DNA of 64,000 nt, taken from the NCBI GenBank assembly GCA_963514005.1, contig OY740806.1:19778001-19842000 (forward strand), in the 5' to 3' direction. The stretch's first letter is position 1. Every line of letters starts with the position of its first letter. A program made the translations under genes and the position numbers. Below are positions 22,735 through 36,059 of the stretch, in pieces. Origin of the DNA: Raja brachyura. Its lineage: Eukaryota. The notes beneath the pieces are model-generated. The model was not told where the DNA came from and ran no database searches. It saw nothing but the letters and a program-made list of their open reading frames with translations.

Positions 22735-24674
22735 GGACGCCGCGCCCTCGAGCCAACCCAGCACCTGCACGTCCACCCACACGTGTCAAGGACCGCCGGT
22801 AACCACGGAGGTGAGGCGGTCTGGTTCTCTCTTTTCTCTTTGTCTAACCTCACATGTTGGTGGGCGCCTTCGGTTCTTTTTGGGTGCATGGGGTGATATT
22901 ACTGGTGATGAGTATGTGTTACGAAATGTTCAGGGTTATAGCATTGAGTTTCTTAATGGGGACATTCCTCCATCCCAGCACAGGCCTGGTCGAACATTTA
23001 AATTGTCTGCTGCAGAACAGGCAGCAGGCTATAAGGAAATTTTGAGGCTAGAACAGAAGGGAGTGATAGAGAAAACGGTTCATGAGCCCGTTGAATTTGT
23101 TTCCAATATATTCACTCGACCCAAGAAGGATGGAGGCTGTCGAGTCATCATTGACCTGACTAGTTTAAATACTTTTGTAACATATACTCATTTCAAATTG
23201 GACACTTTTGAAACAGCCAAATCTGTATCCATTCAAAAATACTATAGGAGGTTTCTGAAATTTATCTGGATGGGTCAACTCTGGCAATATAGGGCTTTGC
23301 CAAATGGGCTTACCACAGCCCCTCGATTATTCACTAAATTGGTGAAGCCAATTATGGCTTATTTACGACAACGACATCATATAGTAATGGCCTATTTAGA
23401 TGATATCTTAATTGTGGGCCACACCCTGGAATTGGCTCAACAGGGTGTTGCAGCTGCTGTCAATTTATTTCAGCAGCTGGGGTTCATTGTCCATCCAGCC
23501 AAATCAAAGTTCTGCCCCTCCCAGGTAATTCATTATCTGGGGTTTACGGTGGACTCTATTCGCATGAGGGTCACCATACCAACTAATATGGTTGAGGAGG
23601 TCACCCAGGTGTGTCAAGGTTTAATCAGCGCTGGTATACCATCGATTCGCCATACAGCTACAGTAATTGGCAAACTTGTAGCATTGTTTCCGGCAGCCCG
23701 ATATGGGCCTTTGCATTATCAGAATTTGCAAAGGGCCAAGATCGCTGCGTTAAGACAGCACGCTGGTCATTATGATCGACCTATGCAGCTGCCGCCTGAA
23801 GCGAGGGATGAGTTACGATGGTGGGTGCGCCACATTAGTAACTCATTTAAGTCTATTATTGAGGCTAATCCGGTGGTATACTTGCAAACTGATGCGAGCT
23901 CTTATGGCTGGGGAGCTACGGATCACTACTCTAGTTGCGGGGGCAGATGGGATACCCTTGAGGCTACTATGTTGTTGTCACAAGGGATCAACTATTTGGA
24001 GCTCCTTGCAGCATTCGACGGACTTCGTGCTTATTGTTCCAAGGTTTTTGGGGCACATGTCCGTCTCCAAATAGACAACACCACAGCGGTGGCATATTTA
24101 AACCATATGGGCGGTACCAGGTCAGTTTCGTGTGATAAATTGGCTAACTCAATTTGGCTCTGGTGTGTTCAAAGAGATTTGGATTTCAGCTACCTATTTG
24201 CCAGGTGACCTTAATACTGTGGCGGACACCAGGTCACGCAAGTTTAATGACAATATTCAATGGATGTTGCATCCTGAAATTTTTGCCAAAGTCACAGCCA
24301 AATTTGGGAAACCGGATATTGACCTTTTTGCGTCACGGTTGAACCATCAGGTACCAACATACGTCTCGTGGGAACCAGATCCTGGGGCTATGGCGCTAGA
24401 TGCATTCTCGCTGGACTGAGGGAATTGGTTTTTCTATGGATTCCCCCCGTTTTGCCTCATCAGTCGGGTATTACGAAAGATTCAGATGGATGCAGCCAAG
24501 GGCATCCTTATTATACCCGACTGGCCTACACAGCCGTGGTATCCGGTGGTCTTTGACATGCTCAGTGAGCCTTGGGTCCTTTTGAAGGGTTGCCCAGAAT
24601 TGGTTACTCACCCTGTGTCAGGGGAGCCACATCCCTGCCATGGCTCTTTAAATTTGTTGGCTTGCAGGTTTTGA
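22724..24674 (+). pseudogene. DIRS RT-RNase H-MT ORF, disabled
   Basis: YLDD, TDAS, INYLEL, DNTTAV, DIDLFAS and FPPF present; frameshift ~24175, stop at 24417, motif A deleted. Confidence 0.9.
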
Positions 24675-25652
24675 ACAGGCCGTTAGCCCAATATGGCCTC
24701 TCAACTCGGACCATGGATACCATTGCGGCGTCGTGTCGAGAGTCAACAAGGCGAAGATACCGCTCACATATCAAGAAGTGGGAAGCCTACTGCAGCCGCT
24801 CTCGCATCACGTACGATGCCGTGACTATAACCGACGTCCTGGAATTCCTCGCGGGGTTGCACCAATGATGAACACTTAAGTTACAGTGCCATCAACAGCG
24901 CCAGGAGCGCGCTGTCATTCTACCTCAAGATTGAGGTGGGATCCAACAGGCTAGAGTCCAGACTCATGCGGGGTATATTCAATATGAATCCGCCTACACC
25001 ACGCTACAATATCACCTGGGATGTCAGGGACGTTTTAACCCTGCTCAGGACGTGGTCCCCCATAGAAGGGCTCCAGCTGGACAAACTCACCATGAAGCTG
25101 GTGATGTTACTAGCGCTGACTTCAGCACAGAGGGTACCGACACTGCATAAACTACGTGTCGACAGAATGATGTCTACCCCTACAGAAGTAGTCTTCTTCG
25201 TTGATGAGCTACTAAAGCAGCATAGACCTGGGTGCACAGGGCTGCAGCTGAAGTTCCCGGCATACCCCGCAGATGCTAGGCTGTGTTTAGCCTCACATAT
25301 CCGTCACTATGTCAAGGTGACGGCATGCATCAGAGGAATGGAGAGATACCTGCTTGTCCCTCATAAGAGACCTCATCATCGAGTGACAGTCCAGACGATA
25401 TCCAGGTGGCTCCGGGTCGTCTTGGGTAAGTTAGGTATCGACACTAATGTGTTCAAGTCTCATTCCACCAGGGCTGCATCGACGTCGGCGGCGAGGGTCA
25501 TGGAGGTGCCCATGGACCATATTCTCGCCACAGCAGGATGGGCTAATGAAGCTGTGTTTCAGCGATTTTATAACAAGCCTGTTGCTGCTCCTCTACAGTT
25601 CGCGGAAGCCGTGCTGAATGCAGGTCAAGAACGTGGAGGTGTCCCCGCATGA
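24660..25652 (+). pseudogene. DIRS tyrosine recombinase with stops near 24866
   Basis: LTSAQR, SHSTRAASTS, AGW...FQRFY motifs. Confidence 0.88.
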
Positions 25653-26954
25653 GGGGTTTTTGATTTATTGTTAATAAATATGCTCTTGTTTTGCAGTATG
25701 AACTATTTGAGCAAGTTTGTTCCTCCCATCCATCCCTGCTAGTGGTGTGTCAGCATGGACGTGGTCCAGGGCGTGTAATCACAGAAGCTTTTGAAGTCTT
25801 CACGAAGTCACTCACGTGACTCCAAAATGAAATAGTAAGATTGAACGAGAACTTACCAGTTCGAAGGTTGATCGTTATTTCATGAGGAGTCGCGGTGAGG
25901 GATTTCGTGCCCTCCACGCCCAACCCTCAATCACCTTCACCTGGTAATTTGAGTCTCTTTCATCTTACTATGCCAAGTCATTTCTGTTACTGGTTTCTGT
26001 GATTCCACACCGCTACTTTGAAGAATGTCGAGCATGCGCACCGGCGGGCTCTTCACGAAATCCCTCACCGCGACTCCTCATGAAATAACGATCAACCTTC
26101 GAACTGGTAAGTTCTCGTTCAATCTTACTATTCTCTGCCACAGAAGGCAGTGGAGGCCAATTCACTGGATGTTTTCAAGAGAGAGTTAGATCTTGCTCCA
26201 GAGTTAGATATAGTTAGAGTTAGAAAGCAGGAATGGGGATACTGATTTTGGATGATCAACCATGATCATATTGAATGACGGTGTTGGGTCGAATGGCCAA
26301 CTCCTGCACCTATTTTCTATGTTTCTATGTTGCCTCATTTATCAAACAGAGTATCTGGTTTTAACTGGTTTTCTAGAAGCAAGCAAAACTTGATTATTTA
26401 TCTTATTAAAACACTGATTTTAGTTTAAAGTCATACCGTGTGCACCAAACCCTTAAAATCAGGCATGATATCCAGTATATAGTCCATAACATAACAGTCC
26501 AAAGCTTTGATAGCATGAAAAGTCTTCCTCCATGTCCGATCAACTCATGAATGTGTTGGAACAACAATGTTGAAATGTAAAAATCCTTCGAGAGAATAAC
26601 AGGATTTTTAGCAATAAACTTCACTGTTATGTTTGATTTAATTCCAGATCATTAACAGAGATTTCAAATCCCAGCTCAAGCTTTGGCCAGTCTAAAATTT
26701 AAAGACACATGCCATCATTAATGACACACAAAGCAAGCCAAGTTCATGTACAATAATGTCAGCTGAGGAATTTAATTTCAAGTAATTGAATGAATTTAAT
26801 AGTAAACAAAACTAACCATGTTACTTAAGGGATCTGTAGGGGGTGCTGCCTCAAAAAGGCAACCAGCATCTTCAAAGACCCACACCACCCTGGCCACACT
26901 CTCATTTCATTCTTACCAGGTATAGGTCTCTGAAGACCATGAACACCAGGCTAC

Positions 26955-26990
26955 AGTCTGAAGAAGGGTCTCGGGCCGAAACGTCGCCTA
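26955..26990 (+). ncRNA. Minimal hammerhead ribozyme motif, copy 1
   Basis: CTGAAGA-A-GGGTCTCGGGCC-GAAAC-GTC; imperfect stem II. Confidence 0.55.
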
Positions 26991-27157
26991 TCTCCTTCGC
27001 TCCTTAGATGCTGCTGCACCCGCTGAGTTTCTCCAGCTTTTTGTGTAACCCTCGATTCTCCAGCATCTGCAGTTCCTTCTTTAACACTTTGTCTACTCCA
27101 CAGCGATATCTCCTCAAGGTATGCCTACTTTGAAGAAGTTCTCCTCCTCCCTACGGC

Positions 27158-27193
27158 AGTCTGAAGAAGGGTCTCAGCCCGAAACGTCGCCTA
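27158..27193 (+). ncRNA. Minimal hammerhead ribozyme motif, copy 2
   Basis: CTGAAGA-A-GGGT(CTCA)GCCC-GAAAC-GTC with palindromic ACGT stem III. Confidence 0.62.
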
Positions 27194-28581
27194 TCTCCTT
27201 CGCTCCTGAGATGCTGCTGCACCCGCTGAGTTTCTCCAGCTTTTTGTGTAACCCCTAGGCTTAAGAATAGCTTCACCCTACAAACATCAGGCTGTTAAAT
27301 ATGGCACAACACTAACTAAACTATAAACATAGAAACATAGAAACATAGAAAATAGGTGCAGGAGTAGGCCATTCGGCCCTTCGAGCCTGCACCGCCATTC
27401 AATGTGATCATGGCTGATCATCCAACTCAGTAAATAGTCAATAAACTATTCATTGTCTTTGGTTGCACTAAGAACTTTGGTCTCTTTTGCACTAGTACTG
27501 TGGTTAATTTTCTTTATTTGATTTTGTTTATTATATGTTATGAGTATTGGGTTTATAGCCCTGTAATGCTGTTGCAAATGAGAATAGTACATATGACAAT
27601 TTTAAAACTCTTGACTCTCGACTACTGAAACTACTGGATTTTTGCAAAGATCATCTGATGCTAATGTCCTTCAGAGAAGGAACATTCCTCTCCGTGCCTG
27701 ATCTGGCCTTAATGTGACCGCAGACCCACGAATATGGGTGATGCTTACCTGCTTTCTCACCTCGGCTCAGGGCAATTAGGAATGGGTAATATATATGGGC
27801 ATTGCCGATGATATCCAGATCCTACAAGTGAAATAAGACTGAACCTCTTTCTATCAATTGGAGGGAATGGATGGCAAAAGGTTTCTGTTCAACGTGATAT
27901 TAGAGCTCTATGGACAGCAAAGTTGTTTTGAGCATTATCACTGTTGGCAAAACACAATTGCCAATTTGTGTTCACCAAGGTCCCAATAGGGCAGAAAGTT
28001 TGATTCTCTATTTTAGTATTTTTCTAGCTTATTCCAATGAAATAAATATTGGCTATTAGTATAGTCCTAATAAAAACAAGCTGGACTAAAGTAAGATCAA
28101 CAATGAATATATTATTCATTTTAATTTGTCAATGCACTTGGAGGGTGTTCTCAGTTGACAGCTGTTCAGTCACTTAGCCGTCCTATCATTCTGTAACAAT
28201 ACGGTTACTGGTTTATACCAATGTTTAACCGTATTATTTTCATGCTTACATGCTATTAACACATTTGTAATATTCTAGGAACATACTTTCAGTTTAATCT
28301 ATTGTGGGAGAGGCTTGTACTGGAGAGATGTCTGTGGCTGCTGAAGGGTGTGAATGGAAGTAATGAGAAAGCTTTTTCCAAGCCGGCACCTATAAAGTAA
28401 ACACCGCTGTGTAGCATGATTTTGTATAAACATTAACAGAAATGCAGGAAGCACACGGCTCCATGGACAACGTCTGTGGAAAAAGCAACCAGTTAAAGTA
28501 AAACATCAGAAAAAAAAGCACAAAGTGCTTGAGTAACTCAGCAGGTCAGACTGCATCTCTGGAGAACATGGATAGGTGTTG

Positions 28582-30522
28582 ACAATAGTGCTGGAGAAAC
28601 TCAGCGGGTGCAGCAGCATCTATGGAAGCGGATGCAATAGATGAGGTTGGAGGAGATGCAGGTGAACCTCTGTCGCACCTGGAATGACAGCTTGGGTCTT
28701 TGAATGGAGTGGAGGGCGGAGGTAAAGCGACAAGTGTAGCATCTCTTGCGGTTGCAAGGGAAAGTGCCCGGGGCGGGGGTGGTGCGGGAGGGAAGGGAAG
28801 AATTGACAAGGGAGTTATGGAGGGAGTGGTCTTTGCAGAAACCAGACGGGGGGAGAAGGGAAGATGTGGCGAGTGGAGGGGTCACGTTGGGGGGTGGCGA
28901 AAATGATGGAGGACTATTTGTTGTATGTGATGGCTAGTGGGGTGAAAGGTGAGGACTAGGGGGACTCTGCCCTTGTTACGAGCAAGGGGATGGGGAGAGA
29001 GAGCAGTGTTACGGGGTATGGAAGTGACCCTGGTGCGAGCCTCATCTATAGTTTGGGAGTGGAACCCCTGTTCCCTAAAGAATGAGGACATTTCCAATGC
29101 CCTGGTGTGGAACACCTCATCCTGGGAGCAGATGCTGCGTAGACGGGGGAATTGGGAGTAGGGGATGGTCCTTACAGGAAGCAGGGTGGGAAGAAGAGTA
29201 GTCTAGATAGCCATGGGAGTCAGTGGGTTTATAGTGCATGTTGGTTAGAAGTCTATCACCTGCGATGGAGATAGTGAGGTCAGGAAATTGTAGGGAAATG
29301 TCGGAAATGGTCCAGGTGTATTTGAGTGCCGGATGGAAGTTAGTGGTGAAGCGGATGAAGTCAGTCAGTTGTGTGTGGGTGCAGGAGATAGTACCAAAGC
29401 AATTGTCGATGTAGTGGAGGTAGAGGTCTGGGATGGGGCCCTTGTTCGCCTCGAACAAGGATTGTTCGATGTACCCGACAAAGAGGCAGGCATAGCTGGG
29501 GCCCATGCGCGTGCCCATAGCTACGCCTTGTATTTGGAGGAAATGGGAGGAGTCAAACGAGAAGTTATTGAGGGTAAGGACCAATTCCGCTAGGCGGAGG
29601 AGACTATCAGTGGACGGGTTGATTCTCCAGTCAAGGAAGAACCGGAGGGCTTTGAGACCATCCTGGTGGGGGATGGAGGTGTAGAGTGACTGGACGTCCA
29701 TGGTGAAGATGAGGGGATGGGGGCCTAGAGAATGGAATGCCCAGAGATGACTGAGAGTGTCTGAGGTGTCTTGAACATAGGTAGGGATGGATTTAACCAG
29801 GGGGGATAGGATGGAGTCAAGGTATGTGGAAATGTGTTCGGTAGGGCACGAACAGGCAGAGACAATGGGTCTACCAGGTCAGTTACGTTTGTGGATTTTG
29901 GGGAGAAGGTAAAATCGAGCTGTGCGGGGCTGGGGAACGATGAGCTTGGAGGCTCGGGGGGCTGGGAGCCGGAGTGGATGAAGTCGGGGATGGTGCTAGA
30001 GATAGTGGCCTGGTGCTCGTCAGTGGGGTCTTGGTCCAGGGGTAAGTAGGAGGAGGTGTCCGAGAGTTGACGCGTGGCCTCAGCTTTGTAGAGATCGACG
30101 CGCCAGACTACCACGGCACCTCCCTTGTCGGCGGGTTTGATAATCCAGTCTGGGTTTTTGTGGAGTGGGTCGATGGCTGTACGTTCAGGGGGGGAGAGAT
30201 TGGACTGCGACAGGGGAGTGGAGACGTTGAGGCAGTTGATGTCCCGAGGGCAGTTTTAAATAAAAAGTTCTAAAGCCGGAATGCCATGAAGGGGGGTCCA
30301 CGAGGAGGGGGTTCGTTAGAGATGGGAAAAGGGATCATCAGTGGGGGGGCGAGGACTCCTTCCCATGGAAGAACGCTGCGGGGTGGAGGCGACGGTAGAA
30401 GTGCTCCAAGTCGTGGTGGGCGCAGAACTCATGGAGGTGGGGATGGAGGGGGACAAAGGTAAGACCTCTACTGGGGACTGACCGTTCGGTGTCGGAGAGG
30501 TCAGGGGTGATGGTGAATACAT
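28582..30522 (-). mobile_element. Penelope-like retroelement (RT plus GIY-YIG), frameshifted
   Basis: MDVQSLYTSIP, QIQGVAMGTRMGPSYA, YIDNCF and PGTFPCNRKRCYTC...NLIYCI; 13-bp TSD TGGATAGGTGTTG (28569-28581, 30523-30535). Confidence 0.92.
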
Positions 30523-31309
30523 TGGATAGGTGTTGTTTCAGGAAGAAAAGTTCCAACGCAATAGTCACTTATCCATGTCCTCCAGTGATGCTGCCTGACC
30601 CAATGAGTTGCTCCAGCACTTTTTGTCTTTCTTTTTGTATAAACCAGCATCTGCATCTCCTCGTATCTCTACGCAAAACAACATGTGCTGGAGAAACTCG
30701 ACGGCTCAGGCAGCACCTTGAGAGGGAATGGACAGGCAGCTTTTCAGGGCAACTTCAAGTCGAGAGAGTTTATTGTCATGTGTCCCAGATTGGACAATGA
30801 AATTCATCCTCCTTGCTTCAGAAATGGTTCCCAATTTATAAATGTAAAGCCCACCCTCCTGCACCATTACTCCATCCATATCTTCAGCTGCTTTGTCCCC
30901 TTATGTCTGAGCTCATCAACACTTTACATAGTGAGCCATCCGCAGATTACCGCCTGTGAGCTTCTGCAATCAAACCTCGTTTCTGCCTTCAAAAATCTGA
31001 TTGCAGGATCTCTTTCCCTGCCATTTGTGAAGACCACACTTTTGATTGCTCAACCTCCTCCAAATGCCTGCCTCGGACAGTTGAATCCCTGATTACTAGC
31101 AGTCTCTCACAGTGTCTGACTAAGAAGCTTGACCACACGGGATGGCATGATTCTGCTTCTGGACACCCTTCTCTGCAGAACCATCATCTCACCAACATAC
31201 AAAAGGGTAACATTTATTTGGTGAGGACAAGGAGAACTCTATCCATGTTTGAGGGAGGACACAGCATGGGAACAACAGTGTCGTAAATGTGGCCACTGTG
31301 AATGAGAGC

Positions 31310-32125
31310 CTTCAAAGGTTCAGAGGTTCTTTATTAGTCACATACACCAATAGGTGTAGTGAAATGCTTATTGCCAACGCAGCACATAAAAAAGAATACA
31401 GACATAACAATAATAAAGACATTTCAACATAAAAAACAAAAAAACATCCCCCCAAAATGGTTCCCATTATGAGGGAAGGCACAATGTCCAGTCCCCATCC
31501 CCATGTCCACCCATAGTCAGGCCTATTGAGGCCTCCACAGTCACCTTTACGGAGGCCCGATGTTCCAGGCCCTTCTCGGCGGGTGATGGTGCTCCGGCTT
31601 TGGGAGAATCCTCTCAGCGGTTTGGGGTACCTGGAACGGCCACTTCCTTACCGGAGACCGCGGCTTCCGAGGCCGACAGGCCGCGCGGGATGGAGCTCCA
31701 CCACTGGCGATCTCGGCGAGAGATCCCATGCTCCCGATGTAAAGTTCAGCGCCGCTGGCCGCTCCACAGACCCGCAGCTCCGCGATGTTTCATCGGCGGT
31801 CTCAGCTAACCGGAGTTCCAGCGCGACGACCGGGGAAAGGCATCACCCGCTCCACGATAGCTCCCCAGCACTATGACGCCGCCGAAGCCAAGGTTCCGGC
31901 CGGTCCCCTCAGGAAACGCCGCTCCAGGCCCGCTGGTAGGCCGCGAGGACGGGTCGAAGATGCTGCCCGGAGAAAAGTCGCCTCTCCGACCAGGTAGGGA
32001 CTCTGAAAATAAGTTTTCCCCCCCACACATAAAAAAGACTAGAACTCCAGAAACGAAACACTATAACTCACTAAAAATAAAATGAAGGTGCAAAAACAGA
32101 CAGCTGCGGGCTGGGTAGCCATAAC
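31310..32125 (-). repeat. Unclassified GC-rich interspersed repeat with a LINE-like 3' tail
   Basis: AAAGGTTCAGAGGTTC tail plus minus-strand AATAAA; GC-rich body with no credible protein. Confidence 0.45.
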
Positions 32126-33768
32126 CATACAGGATGTCATCAGTGAAGAAGCTACCACTGCTGATTATCATTGAAGACTCCACAAAAGCAATTTCTGTCT
32201 GACTTGTGAAGTGCTTTCAAATGGCGTTCTCAGAATGCAATTGGAGCGTAAGTTGCTTTGTTCCTACGAATGTTAACAAAAGTATGAACTATTTTAATTA
32301 ACATTCGTTCTTTTGTTTAATGAGGTAGAACAACTGGAGGAAGCCCTTGAAGCGCTGGATTGCAGTGTGGTCAAAAATAATATGACGTGAAACAAATTCA
32401 ACTTGAGATGTTTAGATATCAGCTCAAACCAGTGGCTTCCTGTCCACGCCAACAACAACCATGCCAGCAGAACAGTAAGTCATGAGTAGTATTTCTCAAA
32501 ATTGGCAGGAAATTACTGATATCAGATTCTATTTGTTTTGTGGGTCCATTACAAAACAGGGATGGTAAAACAAAGATTGCTCTGAGATTAATTGCGCTGG
32601 TTCGTTCAAAGCGCAATGTTTGCCCACTTCCTCGTGGCAAGTTTCTGCATCGCATCCTTTGATGAGTACTGCCGAACTTAATATGTTTTGCCTTTGATTT
32701 CGTTGTTGTGCTTACAAAAAGATTCTGATATCCATCTGCCAATACAAAAGAAATGATGTTGGAAGGAACTGCAGATGCTGGTTTAAACCGAAGATGGACA
32801 CAAAATGCCGGAGAAACGTCACCCTTTCAAATGCTAGAGAAAGAAAGGGTGACATTTCTTCCATTCCTTCTTTCCAGAGATGCTGCCTGTCCCGCTGAGT
32901 TTCTCTAGCATTTTGTGCGTATCTTCACAAAATAAATGATGTCAGTAGAGAACACAGTTTTCATAGTATTGTTATTTTGGGACTTCTTGGTGTCATTCCT
33001 ATTGCTTTTGAAAGTCTTTAATTGTTCTTAATTTAAGAAGGAGATTTGAAGAATCTCCTTAAGAAGGAGAATACGTGGAGACTCACCAGTCCAACAACAT
33101 TACCCTGGAATCAACATACATTAAAAATTGACCATACACATTGCTGTATTGGACGTTGAGGAACTATATATGACTGAAAAAAAGTTTTCTTTTAGCTTAT
33201 CTCACTGGTTATGAAAACAATTGGGAAGTGGGGAATTACTTGAAAAGACCTCTGAGGAAATGTCCTGCTAATATCAGCAACACTGTACAGTAGTGTCTCT
33301 CCTTCAACCACAATACACAGTACACTTGAAACAAACCTTTGTGTCAGAGTTGGAATCTGCAATGATGAGGAAAATTATTGGATTTCAGGGACTCCAACAA
33401 TCCTTATTCCAGGAGTTATCTTGAACCCATGCATGTTTGCGTGAAATTGAGACCACTGCAGGTTACAAGCTTGAACTGCAATGATGATGAACCCCATGCT
33501 ATATCGGTTATGCCCCCCTTTACAAATTGCATCATGTGACTAATGGCTGTCTTCACAAATGTTTCATTGCTGGACGTAGAATGCACAAGAAGATTCCTGT
33601 CCCAACGTAAACTTTTATTTTCTCTAATAAAGTAGCCATGTTTACTTGAATCACTAGCCATTTTACAGTGTTTCAGAGCGGGAATCTGAGCTGCCAAGGC
33701 GCTTCTGTTGTGGGTTTTAGAAGTGATATATGAAGTCAGTAACCTGATAGCCTCCCAGTTTAGCGAGT

Positions 33769-34872
33769 TGAGACAATAGTTGGTTTCCAAACGAGCTTTA
33801 TTGTTAAAGCGGTGGAAACAACAGAGATCATGCAACAGCTAAATACAAAAGATCTTACCAGAACGGTGGTCGAAAGAATGAACTTGCCCAGAAAATGCGC
33901 GAAAACAAAACCCCTACCCACAGTCACATCACCGAGGTAGCCAACCGCAGGGTTCGACTAGCCACAGGCCGCTACAGGAACACCCCCCTCCCCCAGAACC
34001 CGAGGTACAGAACCGAGCGGGGACCCGTATGGAACGACCAGAACATGTGGTCCACGAAGGTGGGGCGGGCGTAACATGAGGAGCCGGCAAAGCAGGGCCG
34101 GGGGGACAGCGAAGGCGGGGCGGGCGTAACATTGGGGGCCGGTGAAACAAGGCCGGGGGCAGGCAAAGGAGCAGAAATAACAGGTGTGGAGGAAATGGGC
34201 GTACTCAGTACGGGCAGGACGGCCGATGGATGACCTCTACATCGCGGCACAGCAACAACCATCGGGCTGTCCACATCTAGGTGTGCGGGTTTGAGACGGC
34301 TGAAGGAGATGAATTCCTGCCGGCCTCCCATGTCCACCGTGAAATAGGCGACTCTGGCTCTCAGCACCCGGAATGGCCCTTCACAGACCCGGCGTAATGG
34401 CGAGCGGTGAGCGTCCCTGCGGATTAAAACATAGGCACACTGCTGTGACACCACGGGCACATGCACCACGGACGAACATTGCCTGGAAGTGGGAACAGGT
34501 GCCAACGTGCTCGCCACCGGCCAACAGCGCCGGGACTGATGCGACCTGACCACGTGTGGCAAGCAGAAAATCTCCAACTGACGGGGCCGATGGGGCGCGC
34601 GCGAGCTGTGGAGACGTCGCACAGGACCATGGTGCCTGCCGCTCCGCAACATGCCACCGATGGCCAGAAACTTCCATACCTGCGTCTGCCCGCTGCGCTG
34701 TTCCATCTCACTGGAGTCAATGCCGTGGCCAAGGGCTGAAACGGAGGGGATGGCGGGGTGGGATAAAGCGTCGGTAAGGATGTTAAGTTTCCCCGCGATG
34801 TGGTGGATATCGGTTGTAAATTCCGAGTTGTAGGCAAAGTGCCGCTGCTGACGGGCGGACCACGGATCAGCG
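33769..34872 (-). mobile_element. Gypsy LTR retrotransposon 3' remnant
   Basis: RNase H end (RQQRH...EFTTDIHHIAGK), integrase GPF domain (EGPFRVL...SRLKPAH), polypurine tract next to an LTR starting TGT at 33976. Confidence 0.85.
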
Positions 34873-35026
34873 ATTTTTTTTTTTTTAAGTTTGTGTTAAA
34901 TTCTTTTATTAATTAGAAGTAACTACGTAATAAAAAGCAATTTGTTCGTTGTAGACATAATAAAAAGCATTTTGTTCATTGTAGACATACATTATCAATA
35001 TTATTTATATTAACAATTGCATAGTA

Positions 35027-36059
35027 TAGCAATGTTACAAAATTTTTAGATTTTAAAAATCAAGTCTGCAATTTATCCCATCAGATAAAGCATAAAAAGA
35101 AGTTTAATTTGACACCTAATTTACTTTCATATCTTCAGTATTAATAAAGTTATGGCCATTTTCATACTCGGAAATGAGCATCTTGCTTCCCATTGCCTTT
35201 CAATTGACTTAACTCAAAAGCTGTGATCTGGAAAAGTTAAAAGTCCATAACATTCTTAAAAATTAAGAGAACTCAATGAAATTTTCAGTTATTATAGATT
35301 GAAGCATTCTGAAACAAATATTAAACAATCTTACTTGGATTACCTGAAATTAAAGCATATAATTAGTTAGTTATCTAATTGTAGCTAATTACAAAATTCA
35401 ATGAGTAGATCTAAACATCTATCAATTTCTTAAGAAAAGATAAACTTTTTTTAAATTGCCTAAGTCCAAATAACATTCACAGAATAATCCACAATATAAC
35501 ATAATTTTTAAATCTCATTTTCATGAATTTCTGGGCCAAATGGAAGGAATTTAGTGTTTTATGCCTGTAAATTAATGGCAATTTAAATCAACTAGCGAGT
35601 GGGTTTTAGTGGAATGCGGTGGATTGGAACGTTGCGGTTAGCAGTGAAGTCGGGGGGAAAAATACTGGGGGTTCATACATTTTTTGGGGACCCCATTTCG
35701 CAACATAAAAATATTATTAATGCCTCCCGAAAAACCAACTTTTAATATAAAAATAAAGTATTTACCTTTTTTTCTCCCCTACGCAAAATGCTTCCGGTTG
35801 TCTGCGGTCACGGCTTTTGAAGGTGATTTTTAAATTACTCTAGTTAATAAATAATCTAGAGTAATTTAAAAATACCACCATTCATTAAATGTCGGAGCGA
35901 TTTTTCTTCAGCAACCAAATCGCCCGACATTCATCGATTATCCAGGCCTGTGGAAAAACGGCACTTTAAGCCCGCCCCCCTCTGCAAGGCGCGAAAGTCG
36001 CGCACACGGGGAGCGGCAGAAGTGCAGCGCCGGTAAAGGTAAGTTTTGTAACATACCTA
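35027..36059. mobile_element. Non-autonomous TIR DNA transposon inserted in the L1 3' UTR
   Basis: TIRs TAGCAATGTTACAAAA / TTTTGTAACATACCTA; 7-bp TSD CATAGTA. Confidence 0.8.

Larger units (their letters stand above)
20865..26132 (+). mobile_element. DIRS1-type retrotransposon of a second family, full length, degenerate
   Basis: ITRs (~20890-20930 vs ~26025-26060), ICR ~25797-25910, gag/RT-RH-MT/YR ORFs; inserted at ATT inside a CR1-type LINE fragment (...GGAATT|CTCTGCC). Confidence 0.95.
26953..27256 (+). mobile_element. Non-autonomous Penelope-derived/retrozyme-like insert: 1.5 copies of a 203-nt unit, each repeat with a hammerhead motif
   Basis: ~98-nt direct repeats (26954-27051, 27157-27254); AGGCT on both flanks; repeat sequence also borders the Penelope element at ~28590. 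Confidence 0.7.

Noticed and set aside
24250-24660. Adenine-methyltransferase-like motifs as a novel eukaryotic enzyme
   Set aside because: The MT-like domain is a known part of DIRS1 pol and is disrupted here
33180-33835. 139-aa minus-strand ORF or a possible further Ig relic
   Set aside because: Begins in a gypsy LTR; no convincing C-W-C pattern or splice pair
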